Shown piece by piece: positions 8,981-18,566 of a stretch of DNA of 64,000 nucleotides. The DNA comes from Candidatus Latescibacterota bacterium. GTDB lineage: Bacteria > Latescibacterota > UBA2968 > GCA-2709665. The stretch's first letter is position 1; each line of letters opens with the position of its first letter. The position numbers and the translations under genes were made by a program. A model generated the notes under the pieces. The model saw nothing but the letters and a program-made list of their open reading frames with translations. It had not been told where the DNA came from and did no database searches. The stretch spans positions 96,001 through 160,000 of the forward strand of contig CAXXXF010000003.1 in NCBI GenBank assembly GCA_963667175.2. The letters are read 5' to 3'.

Positions 8981-11136
8981 TGCGCCTGCCTCCTTTCCAC
9001 GTTCGTCGCGACACGCCCGCTACGGGTGTGGATGCGCTGGATAACGGCAGTCCCGGCTTCCGTTAGGGCGTGGGACCGGCCCTCGCCAAGCACCGTACTC
9101 CATCGTTCTCCATCGTGTTGTTCGAAGGCGAGTTTAATCCGGCCTCCGGACGGCGCGCCCAGTACGAATACCGTCTCCGGTCGCTGCGGAAGCACCGGTC
9201 CCCGGACAGGCAGGGTGACGTCCCCGCCTGCCGGCGTCAGAACCATCCGCGGCAACCCTCCCGGGTCTGTAAACCAGAAGGTGATCATCGAATCGCCGGC
9301 GCACTGTTGCACGACGCAACCGTCACCGCCAGGCAGAATCGCCCACAGGACGTCGAGTGACGATTCGCCATCCATCACGAATTGGTACCTGAGGTCCGCC
9401 TGGTCCATCGCGTCGAGGTCTTCCGGCGGAACGTCGTAGCCGGACAGGTACGTCCTCCAATAGGGGTCGACCGGCTGCGGTACCCGCTCGAATGCCGCTG
9501 CCAGGGAAGACGCCTGGCAGAGCCGGCAGGTCTGCCCCGACGGCGTCCGCAGCAGGAGTGAACCTTCCGGGCCGATTTCGGCGTCAACCTCATGGTCCGT
9601 GTGAAAATGGGCTTCCACGTGGCGCGGGGCAGGGCCGGAGAACCGGACGCGATCCAGAATGAACGCGGCGTGGCAATCCCGCGCGTGCAATACGGTCCGT
9701 TCGAACGAGGTCAGCCCCGGCACGTCCGGATACGCGCCGGCCGCCTCGCACCGCGCGGCCGAATAAACGTCGTCCTCACCGCAATACACCCCCGCCATCC
9801 CGCCGCCCGAGTCGGGTCCGTCCGACTGTCCTGCGCCGTCGAACGTGAGGGTATTCTTCAGCGCTGTGTCGAATCGAAAGTAGCCCGACGGCCTGAAGAA
9901 ATAATGCCCGTTGGCAAAATACGTAAAGCTCGCGCGGTCTTCATAGTGTGCGTGTTTATTCTGCGTAATGGTCTGTATCGGCAGCCACGTATCGCGCCGG
10001 GCCTGCGCCAGCGGACCCCCGGGGACGGTACACTCGAAGCTCAGGACGGACGCGTTCCCGTCGAACCCCGTGCGCGAGAAAAACTGACCCAATGACGGGA
10101 ACGCGGCGGCTGCCGGCAAACTGTCCGGAGGTTCCGCCTCAACGCCCGGATTGTACCAGAGAAAGCTCCAGCCGTAGTCGTGGTAGTCTTTCAGAAACGT
10201 GCGCGACGTCTCCTGCTCCGCCTGCCACTGCGCCAGCCCGTCATTGAACTCGGTCGCGAGTTTGCGCAGCTGAAATGCCACGACCCCGCCGGTCTCCCCG
10301 TGGTACCGGCCGCTGGGCGTCGAATCGTCCAGAAACACGTACGATCCGTCGGGCAGAAGGTGGTACGCACGCCAGCGGGCCAGCGACTTCAGCCATTCGA
10401 TATCGAACGCGTCTTCACCGAACACCCGCTTCCGGCCCTCCAGGTAGAAAAGCATCGGCCCCAGCGCGTAGTTCAGCGGGGCCACGCCCTCGTTCCATGC
10501 GCCGTCCTCACCCTGGATGGAGACGATCCGTTCGACCTCTCTTTCAACCGTGGATAACCACGCTTCCGCGTCTGTCGCGTACGGCATCAGCGCCAGGCAG
10601 CCGACGCCCGCGCCGAAGACCGGCGCCCAGCAGTCGTGGTAGTGGTATCGCCGGCTCCAACCCGCCTCGCCAGTATCCATGTGCCGGACCATACGCGCGG
10701 TTTCGACGCGCAACACCGCAACCAGACGGCGTACGAGCGCATCCGGCAGAACACACCCGAACAGGTCCAGGCCGTATGCCAGCGCCATCACGTGAAAGGC
10801 GACCAGGTACGAACCTTTCACCTGATCGTCGTCCGCGGCGCCGACCTCGACCCATCGCGCCAGCCAGCGTTCCGCCAGCCCGCGCCACCGTCCGTCGCCG
10901 GTGACCTGCCAGGCGATGCCGCAGTTCACCACCAGCGAAAAACAGATCTCGAGAATATCGCTGTATTCCGGTTCCTCCAGGTCCCAGAGCGAACCGGGCG
11001 GTTCGTCGGCCAACCGGCGGTCCAGGTCGTCGATCATCGCGCGAAAGAACCGGGCGTGCGACGTCGCGCTGCGGTTGCGCAGGTCGTTCAGTTCGCAGTC
11101 GGACAGAATCAACCGCGGCCCTGCGGGATCGGCCAT
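8977..11136 (-). CDS. Heparinase II/III-like (alpha/alpha toroid + beta-sandwich) polysaccharide lyase-fold protein
   Basis: DGAWNEG, FFSRTGF, HAHYEDRASF, KNTLTFDGAGQ and AAGAYP...FERTV motifs; no signal peptide evident. Confidence 0.75.
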   Translation of the reverse strand: MADPAGPRLILSDCELNDLRNRSATSHARFFRAMIDDLDRRLADEPPGSLWDLEEPEYSDILEICFSLVVNCGIAWQVTGDGRWRGLAERWLARWVEVGAADDDQVKGSYLVAFHVMALAYGLDLFGCVLPDALVRRLVAVLRVETARMVRHMDTGEAGWSRRYHYHDCWAPVFGAGVGCLALMPYATDAEAWLSTVEREVERIVSIQGEDGAWNEGVAPLNYALGPMLFYLEGRKRVFGEDAFDIEWLKSLARWRAYHLLPDGSYVFLDDSTPSGRYHGETGGVVAFQLRKLATEFNDGLAQWQAEQETSRTFLKDYHDYGWSFLWYNPGVEAEPPDSLPAAAAFPSLGQFFSRTGFDGNASVLSFECTVPGGPLAQARRDTWLPIQTITQNKHAHYEDRASFTYFANGHYFFRPSGYFRFDTALKNTLTFDGAGQSDGPDSGGGMAGVYCGEDDVYSAARCEAAGAYPDVPGLTSFERTVLHARDCHAAFILDRVRFSGPAPRHVEAHFHTDHEVDAEIGPEGSLLLRTPSGQTCRLCQASSLAAAFERVPQPVDPYWRTYLSGYDVPPEDLDAMDQADLRYQFVMDGESSLDVLWAILPGGDGCVVQQCAGDSMITFWFTDPGGLPRMVLTPAGGDVTLPVRGPVLPQRPETVFVLGAPSGGRIKLAFEQHDGERWSTVLGEGRSHALTEAGTAVIQRIHTRSGRVATNVERRQAQ

Positions 11137-11425
11137 CGGGGAACGCTCTCGTTTATCCGGCTACGAAGTCAAATGACCCGAACTCCGACATATCCGGGAT
11201 TGCAGGGATGTTCCGGCAAGGCGCATGTGCGAAGTTTCGCCGTCCGAACAAGGATCTTGCGTTCGAATCCCAAAGAGCGCCGGCCTCGCAAGCCCCCTCA
11301 ACCCAAGTCTAAACCATCCCGGGATTGATCGCAAGTCCCATCGGCCGGGGGGCGCAGGGCCGTGACGATGTGTCCGCCCGATTTGACCGGCGACCGACTC
11401 TTCCGCACCTGCAGTCGAACAGACG

Positions 11426-11456
11426 AGAGATTCTTCACTGCGCTCAGTAATGACAT
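11426..11456. repeat. Degenerate REP-like element (GAGATTCTTCACTGCGCTCAGTAATGACA)
   Basis: Resembles the GAGATTCTTCGCTGCGCTCAGAATGACA extragenic repeat family as I recall it; single copy in the window. Confidence 0.45.
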
Positions 11457-11660
11457 GCCTTGCTATAGCCAACGGTGAAATGTGTCCATCACGTAAGGCG
11501 GCACGCGGTGCGGTCCATCCCTCCCGCGCCGGGGAGCGGTCACCTTCCACCGGCCGCTGCAAAGCGGTCCGATTTCGTTCTTTCTTCTCTCTGATGGGCC
11601 CCCCTTGCTCCCGGTCAGACTCATTCGTTTCTGAATGGAAAAGAACGCCTCTTTTTTCAC

Positions 11661-11690
11661 TTGACAAAATACACCGACCGGTTTTATCAT
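11661..11690 (+). promoter_or_regulatory. Sigma70-type promoter for the OMP-TBDR operon
   Basis: TTGACA (11661-11666), 18-nt spacer, TATCAT (11685-11690), in an AT-rich patch about 300 nt upstream of ATG 11989. Confidence 0.65.
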
Positions 11691-11717
11691 GGGACATAAT
11701 ATAAGTTAGTAGAGTAT

Positions 11718-11746
11718 CCGTTTCATTAAATAGGGTACCGAAACGG
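11718..11746. promoter_or_regulatory. Candidate operator or leader hairpin CCGTTTC-N15-GAAACGG
   Basis: Perfect 7-bp inverted repeat just downstream of the predicted promoter. Confidence 0.35.
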
Positions 11747-11988
11747 CATCGCAAGGGCTTTCTCTGTGGGAGGGGCACCGTCTTGCCGTATCCGTATTGA
11801 TCGGTCCACCCTTTGCATCCGTGGAAGCCCGTTTTCGTTGTCGCCGAACGGGCAATTCTGGAAGAAACACAGGTTGGATTGCAGGGGAGTCGGTGAGAGG
11901 TTGAGCCAAAGTTCCGAAAACGGACCCGGTCCCGCGGGAAATCAGGCGGCATCCGCGCGGCTTTGTCCATCTTTAAGGAGGGCAGTCT

Positions 11989-12735
11989 ATGGGCACATGG
12001 AGGGTTACGGCTGTTGCCGGGCTTCTGGTGGCTCTTCTGGCGCCGGATTCCGGCGCACGGGAGTTCGACCGGATCGGCGGGCGGATGCTGTTGGGCTACA
12101 ACCTGCCCGTGATGGGGCTTCGGACGAACTGGTACACACAGGCCGTACGTTGGGGCGGCAGCATTGTTTACAACCGGAATATCAACAACGCGATCGAGTT
12201 CGAGTATCACCGGCTCGAATACAACGACGGCAAGATCGAGAATCAGACGTTCACCTGGAACGAAGACTCGAAAGATTATTCGAGTCCCGAGTCGGACGCC
12301 AGTATGCGGATCAACAGCGTGTTGTGCAACATGGTTTTCCGGCTCGGTGACAAGTCGCGCCTGTTCTATAACCAGGCGACGTCCCCCTACGTGGTCGCCG
12401 GCGGCGGGTTTCACAGCTACAGCAATCGTGTGAGCGGCCTGATTTATCCGGGGCAGAAGGGCATCGCCGTCGAGGGTTCCGAGCAGAACATGCTGGACCC
12501 AAGCGTGGTCCTCGAACCCGTGGTGGAGAGCCGGTGGGCGCTTGGGGCCCATTTCGGGTTCGGCGTCGAGCGGTTTATGTCCAACAACTTTTCACTGGAT
12601 TTCCGGGTTCAGCACAATTTCCTGGTGGGGACGCTCGGTCCGCGGGAAGCCTGGGGCATCAAGGGCGTGATGCCGTTGCTGCAGATGCTGGATCTGGAAG
12701 TCGCCGTCAAATTCTACGAATCGGGAAAGAAGTAG
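11989..12735 (+). CDS. Outer-membrane beta-barrel protein (OmpA/OmpW-like 8-stranded)
   Basis: Signal peptide, amphipathic strands, SPYVVAGGGF and GFGVERF...SLDFRV; RBS AAGGAGG. Confidence 0.75.
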   Translation: MGTWRVTAVAGLLVALLAPDSGAREFDRIGGRMLLGYNLPVMGLRTNWYTQAVRWGGSIVYNRNINNAIEFEYHRLEYNDGKIENQTFTWNEDSKDYSSPESDASMRINSVLCNMVFRLGDKSRLFYNQATSPYVVAGGGFHSYSNRVSGLIYPGQKGIAVEGSEQNMLDPSVVLEPVVESRWALGAHFGFGVERFMSNNFSLDFRVQHNFLVGTLGPREAWGIKGVMPLLQMLDLEVAVKFYESGKK

Positions 12736-12831
12736 CGTGCCTCCCGTGCCCGGGAAAGGAGGAGGGGTGATCCGAATCGGGCTCGAGAGGCCGAAGACAA
12801 CCCGTCAGACAATACAAACGGAGGTTCGGTA

Positions 12832-15800
12832 ATGAAGAAGTGTGTTCTGTTTCTCGGATTTCTTTCCCTCTGCACGGCACTGGCGTTGAGTGGCAGCGCA
12901 TGGGCCGGCACGACCGGAAAGATCGTTGGAAAGGTCCTGGATCAGAATGGCGAAGCGTTGCCTGGCGCCAACGTGGTCATCGAGGGATTGAATCTCGGTT
13001 CCACCGCCGACGTGGAAGGGTTCTACGTGATTCTGCGCGCCGATCCGGGGCTGTATACGCTCAAGGCCTCGCTGATCGGATATCAGACAGAGTCACAGAC
13101 CGACGTGCGGGTGCAGGCCGACGTGACCACGGAGGTCGATTTCACGCTCCAGGAGGCGACGCTGGAACTGGGTGAGATGGTGGTCAAGGCGGAGCGTCCT
13201 CCGGTCGAAGTCGACAAGACCTTCAGCAAGTACATCGTGGGCGCCGATGAGATCGAGCAACTTCCCATCGTGCGTACCACCAGCGAAATGATCACGCTGC
13301 AGCCGGGCGTGCACCTCGACGGTTCCGACCGCATGCGGGGAAGCAACCGGCCCGGTGAATGGCGAAGCCGCACGGGCGGAGACGTGGCCTATTACGTGGA
13401 CGGCGTGAAAATCGTGAACAGCGACGGCGCCGGGTCCCACAACTGGAAGGCCATCAACCGGTCGACCGTCCAGGAAATCTCCGTGGTTACGGGCGGGATG
13501 AACGCCGAGTACGGCAACGCCCAGGCCGGCGTCGTAAGCATTATCACGAAAGACGGGAGCCAGAACTTCCACGGATGGGCGGAGTACCGGCGGACGCCGC
13601 CCGGGCAGAAGCACTGGGGCGCGAACATCTACGAAAGCCCCATGCACCTCGACAAGATGAAATGGGGCGAGGGCGAGTGGCAGAACGAGCGGGACCCGGA
13701 AACGGGTCGACTCGTTCACCAGCGCGCGGACTACGATGAAATTACCGGCCACGAAGTGGAAGGGAATGTCTCGGGGCCGCTTTCCAAGAGCGCTTCGTTC
13801 ATCGTTTCGGGCAAGACGGCCAGGAAAGCGCCAATCTATCCCTCTGGGACGGAGAGGGGCTACTATGACGACATCGGGCGGTTTGTTCCCTCCTTGAACA
13901 ATTACCAGGGATCATACAGCGTCACCGTCCGCGCATCCGAAAACGTCAAGATGAAGATCGGCGGTCTGTTCGAGCACAACAAGAAGTTTATCGGAACGGA
14001 CCGGGATTCCTGGCGGAACGAACGGTCCGCGGGGACCTCCAGCGGCGTCATCCGTGGTCTGTACGACAGCGGAAAGAACATCTTCCTGCCGGAGGACTGG
14101 AGCGCGGCGGGCAAGATGAGCACGAACCACAACATGCAATACCTGGCCGTCACCCATTCTCTCTCGCCCAGGACGTTCTACGACCTCCGGATTTCGCGCT
14201 ATTCCACCGTCGACGACACCAGCGAGATCGCGGCGAGAACGTCGGACGTGCGAACGGATGCGGACGGATGGTTCGCCGTGGACCGGGAGGTCCGCCATTA
14301 CCAAGTTGCGGACCGGAAGCGGTACCAGGTGAAGCTGGATCTGGCCAGCCAGATCACGAAGGGACATTTCGTGAAGGCCGGTTTCGAATTCATCAAGTAC
14401 AGCATGTTTCTTACCCGCTACACCGGAGAGAGCGCACAGGCCAGACGGCTGGAGTTCGCAGGCGCGCAGGGCGTGATCGGAGACCCTGTCAAGCCCCAGC
14501 ACCTTGCCATCTACGCTCAGGACAAGATGGAGTTCGAAGGTATGGTCATCAACGCCGGCCTTCGCCTGGACCTGTTCGATCCGGTCTCCAAATTCCCGGC
14601 TTCGGGCGCTTACGCGTTCTCGCCCATGTACAACTCGCCGCTGCGGTTCCAGAATGCGCCCCATCGCGAACCGGTCGTGTTCAAGAACCTGAGCCCGCGG
14701 GTGGGGGTGTCGCATCCGATCACGGCGCGGTCGTCCATGCACTATTTCGCGGGTCTGTTCCTGGCCTATCCCGACATCTATTACCTGTTCAACGGGGACT
14801 GGCGGACGTCGGGCCCCGACCAGGACTGGAACGGGAACGGCGCCATCGACCCGGGTGAGCGCTACAACGCCATGCGGCCGTCCTACCCCATTCGCAGCGG
14901 ACAGGGCACCACCGAAATCCGACCCGAGAAGACCGTGTCGATGGAGGTGGGGGCCGACTGGAACTTCGTGCAGGACTACACCGGCGCGATCGCGTTGTAT
15001 TACAAGAGCGCGAAGGACCAGTACCATTACCATTCGGACGTCCGCTTCTTCGCGCCGCACAAACCGGGCTGGGTGCATCCCTACGCGCGTATCCTGCACA
15101 ACAACGGGTTCGAAGAACAGCGGGGTCTGGAATTCTCCCTGCGGAAGCCGCTCAGCCACAACTTCGCCATCAACGTGGCCTACAACATGACCTGGGCGCA
15201 GGCCGGATGGGGCAACTTCGACGCCTGGTTCAACTTCCTGTATCCTGATTCCATGTACATTGCCAGCGGGCGGTACTGGTACGAATACAGGGTGGAGAAC
15301 GGCGTTGAGGTGCCGGTGCCCCTCACGCAGGAACAGATTCGGACGATCGGCGCCACCGCCAACAGGTATATCCGGAGCATCGCCCGGCGGGACGGCAATC
15401 CTGGAGGCCGGGGATACGAGCAGACCCGGATGACGGCCCGGGAGTACGGGCTCATCGGTCTGGACGACTTCGAACTGGACCACATCCACGTGTGGGCCAG
15501 GGGATATCAGACCGGCCTGAACGCCGACGGCGGCAACATCCGAAACCAGGGCAGCGTGCAGTTCCTCTTCCTCACGCCCGGAGACTACGGACCCGATTTC
15601 AAGGTGTTCGGGAGCAAGTTCCTTGCCAACTGGCGGGTCAACGTTCTGTGGCGTATGCAGAATACGGGTTCGTTCTGGTACACGCCGCCGAATTCCGGCC
15701 GCGAACGGCGGCTGCGTCCGATCCGCACCTGGACGGACTTCGCCATCGAGAAGCGTTTTCCGTTCGGTCAGGGGCGCGGCGACGTCAGCCTCTTCCTGGA

Positions 15801-15981
15801 GGTGCGGAACCTGTTCAACCAGAAGGACGACAGTTCCTACAACACCACCGACTGGACCAACTGGGGCCTGCTTACGGCCCGTCCGGACAACTCTCACTTC
15901 CTCCTGTACGGGGATACGGCCGACCGGAGTTTCTACAACCATCCCCGGCGCGCGGAAATGGGTCTGAGAATGCAGTTCTGA
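12832..15981 (+). CDS. TonB-dependent receptor with N-terminal carboxypeptidase-regulatory-like domain
   Basis: AGTTGKIVGKV...LPGANV, plug motif VVTGGMNAEYGNAQAGVVSIITK, YAQDKME...INAGLRLD, SPRVGVSHPI; C-terminal Phe. Confidence 0.93.
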   Translation: MKKCVLFLGFLSLCTALALSGSAWAGTTGKIVGKVLDQNGEALPGANVVIEGLNLGSTADVEGFYVILRADPGLYTLKASLIGYQTESQTDVRVQADVTTEVDFTLQEATLELGEMVVKAERPPVEVDKTFSKYIVGADEIEQLPIVRTTSEMITLQPGVHLDGSDRMRGSNRPGEWRSRTGGDVAYYVDGVKIVNSDGAGSHNWKAINRSTVQEISVVTGGMNAEYGNAQAGVVSIITKDGSQNFHGWAEYRRTPPGQKHWGANIYESPMHLDKMKWGEGEWQNERDPETGRLVHQRADYDEITGHEVEGNVSGPLSKSASFIVSGKTARKAPIYPSGTERGYYDDIGRFVPSLNNYQGSYSVTVRASENVKMKIGGLFEHNKKFIGTDRDSWRNERSAGTSSGVIRGLYDSGKNIFLPEDWSAAGKMSTNHNMQYLAVTHSLSPRTFYDLRISRYSTVDDTSEIAARTSDVRTDADGWFAVDREVRHYQVADRKRYQVKLDLASQITKGHFVKAGFEFIKYSMFLTRYTGESAQARRLEFAGAQGVIGDPVKPQHLAIYAQDKMEFEGMVINAGLRLDLFDPVSKFPASGAYAFSPMYNSPLRFQNAPHREPVVFKNLSPRVGVSHPITARSSMHYFAGLFLAYPDIYYLFNGDWRTSGPDQDWNGNGAIDPGERYNAMRPSYPIRSGQGTTEIRPEKTVSMEVGADWNFVQDYTGAIALYYKSAKDQYHYHSDVRFFAPHKPGWVHPYARILHNNGFEEQRGLEFSLRKPLSHNFAINVAYNMTWAQAGWGNFDAWFNFLYPDSMYIASGRYWYEYRVENGVEVPVPLTQEQIRTIGATANRYIRSIARRDGNPGGRGYEQTRMTAREYGLIGLDDFELDHIHVWARGYQTGLNADGGNIRNQGSVQFLFLTPGDYGPDFKVFGSKFLANWRVNVLWRMQNTGSFWYTPPNSGRERRLRPIRTWTDFAIEKRFPFGQGRGDVSLFLEVRNLFNQKDDSSYNTTDWTNWGLLTARPDNSHFLLYGDTADRSFYNHPRRAEMGLRMQF

Positions 15982-16015
15982 TCCTTTCCGGCAACCCACA
16001 CGTGCATGAATATAC

Positions 16016-16046
16016 GCGGGGGCCCCGGGGTTGCCCGGGCTCCCGT
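16016..16046 (+). other. Intercistronic GC-rich stem-loop after the TBDR
   Basis: GCGGGGGCCCCGGGGTTGCCCGGGCTCCCGT imperfect hairpin without a U-tract. Confidence 0.4.
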
Positions 16047-16094
16047 TGCTATGCGAATCTTCATTGAGGTTCTATCAACGCTAAGGAGGATACG

Positions 16095-18528
16095 ATGCGT
16101 TCGAACCGTTTGAACACCGTCCTGAAAAGGCGCGGTGGGTGGGCGTTCGCAGCAGTCCTGGCGATCTGCTGGTCCGGAGAGGTCCGGGGCCAGGCGAATC
16201 ACCCTGGGTCCGCCGGCAGGGGCGCCCTGGAACGGGGAATGCTGTATACGTCCGTGACCAATCTGGGTACGCAGGGCGGCTCCATCGGCGCGGCGCTCTC
16301 GCGGTCGTCCAGCATGGTCTACCCCGCCACGGTGGGCGGGGACATCATAACGGGCCAGGGTTGGGCGAGCCAGTTGCCCTTCTTCCGCGTAGACTGCAAC
16401 AGCGAAGGGCGAATCGAGGCCACGTCGCACGGGGAGGGCATCGGCCTCGCTGTGCGGCTGCCGTCCAGTTTCCAGGGCTCCAGGGGCTACGACAATTTCT
16501 CCAAAAACGGGTTCTACGTGGTATTGACCGGTCCGCGGTCGGACATGCTGGACGAGATCATACCCATGGTTGGAGACCCTGCCATGGATGAGGACCTGCA
16601 GTACTTGGGCGGGGAAATCAGGGCGCAGCCCTCTTCCGCCGAGGATCCGGGCGCGGAGTGGCGTAAAGGCGCGCCGTGGTACTACGCGCCCACGTGGAGC
16701 GAGAACCTGGCGCAGATTCTGGAGGACGCGCCGCTGAACAGGGCGCCCGTCAGGATCAGCAACTGGGCATGGGGGGAATACGCAACGCCGGGGCCGCCCG
16801 CCGCGCCGTCTTCCCGTTCCGACGAATGGCCCGAAGAGATCATCGTGACCAAGTGGACCACGCTGGCGGGAGTCACCTTTACACGGCGAACGATGGCCTG
16901 GAGCTACCCGGCGTGGGACGACTTCATCATTACGGAGATCGAGATCGAAAACACGGGTGACAGCGACGGCGACGGAGAAAGGGACCTGCCCGCGGTCAGG
17001 CTGGAGGACGTCTACGTTCCCATCATCGGCGCCTGGATGATCTCGGACTCGGGGCTGTCCCACTACAACCGGTCGGACAGCTGGCACTGGTACAACGTGG
17101 GCGGTCTCGACGACTGGATCGTGTATACGGAGAACGCCGGCTATTCGGGTCCCGCAAAGGGTCTGAAGATGATTGTGGACTGGGACGGCGACAGTCCGGA
17201 GTTCCCCTGGGACGATACCGGCGATCCCGTCAACAAGCTGATTATTTCGCCCTCTTGCGATACGGGCCGCAAGGACGGCGAATTCACCTCGTATCAGTAT
17301 ATGGGCTTCGGTCCGCTGGCGTACGAGGACGGCGGCGACTGGGGATTCAATACCCGGGACGCCGGCAAGTACGTGCAGCCGCAGGGCGACCAGCCTCACG
17401 CCGTGCGCTTCTGGCGGATCGAAAGCACCACCGTGTCCGAAGATCCCCGGCCCGGCGCGCACGACCGCGAGACCATGTTCAATATGATCGCGGACGCCGG
17501 CTATCAGTCGAATCCCGGCGAGATCGGCGTGCATTACAGCGCCCAGACTTTCGGCCCGTATTCGCTTGCCCCTGGCGATAAGGCCAAGCTGGTGGTGGCC
17601 TGGGTGGGCGGATCGGGCGCCGGAGAGAGCGACCTCTACACCTGGACGCGGTCGCACCTGTACGACTTCGACGGCCTGAAGAAGGGCGAGGAGTGGATGG
17701 TCGAGTTCTTCAATCGCGCGAAGTGGGCCTACGATAACGAATACGACGTCCCCGATTCGCCGCCGGACGTGTACGTGGCGGTTTCGAACAGCCCGGACGC
17801 GCAGAACCTGCTCACCTGGAACTCGGCCGACGGCGCGATGAACCCGGATTACGTGGGCGCCGAAGCGCAGGACGTGGCGGGTTACCGCGTCTACCGGTCC
17901 GAATGGAACCCGGACGGACCCTGGACGAGGATCGGCGAGGTTCCGGCCGGGACGCATACGTATACGGACGTCGAGTCGGTCGCCGGCTTCAACTACTGGT
18001 ATTCGGTAAGGCCGTTCGCCAGGGGCCACGAAGACTGGATGGGACGCGTGGGCACCATGGCCACCCTTCCCGCCCTGGTGCAGGCGCAGGTAAAGGCCGG
18101 CCTGGAAGGCGGCCAATGGGCCAGGTCCCAGCGCAAGCCGCCGTTTTTCAGCCCGAAGCAGCCGGCCGTTGGCGAGACCGAGGCGTTGGGCAGAGAGGTC
18201 TTCGTGGTGCCCAATCCGTTCCGGGTTGGCGACGCCAACCTGCAATACCCGGGCAAACCGCAGATCCGGTTCGTGAACGTGCCGAGCAAGGCCTGGATCT
18301 ACGTGTTCAACAGCGCGGGCGACATGGTCGGAAAGATCCTGCACGACGACCGCACGGACGCGCCCGACGATCCCAACGTCTGGCTGGGCGAAGCGCAGTG
18401 GGACCAGCTGGCGATGTCGCTGGGCACGGGGGTCGATATCGGCGGGCGTCTACTTCTTCGTGGTGGAATCTCTCGTCTCCGAAAGCATGGGGAAAAAGCG
18501 GATAGGGAAATTCATGGTCATCCGATAG
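16095..18528 (+). CDS. Large secreted protein with FN3-like domain and T9SS type-A/FlgD-like C-terminal domain; one +1 frameshift at the G5 run 18428-18432
   Basis: Signal peptide; DVAGYRVYRS...TYTD...YWYSV (FN3); VFVVPNPF...IRFVNVP...IYVFNSAGDMV...QWD. Removing one G gives ...GSISAGVYFFVVES...GKFMVIR* (TAG 18526-18528), 810 aa. The 1150-aa track ORF is an artefactual fusion with the next gene. Confidence 0.8.
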
Positions 18529-18566
18529 CCGGGCGTGCGACAATTCCGGGAAGGAGCGATAAGCTT

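Noticed and set aside
11256-11272. tRNA T-arm-like GTTCGAATCC
   Set aside because: Stem is mismatched, and no acceptor, D or anticodon arm could be built
11697-11988. Cobalamin or TPP riboswitch before the TBDR operon
   Set aside because: Conserved core sequences were not found by eye
13912-18344. Long antisense ORFs (e.g. 13912-15999 and 15933-18344; also 58530-61019 and 116-1414)
   Set aside because: Shadow ORFs of high-GC genes with Arg/Pro/Gly-rich composition and no motifs
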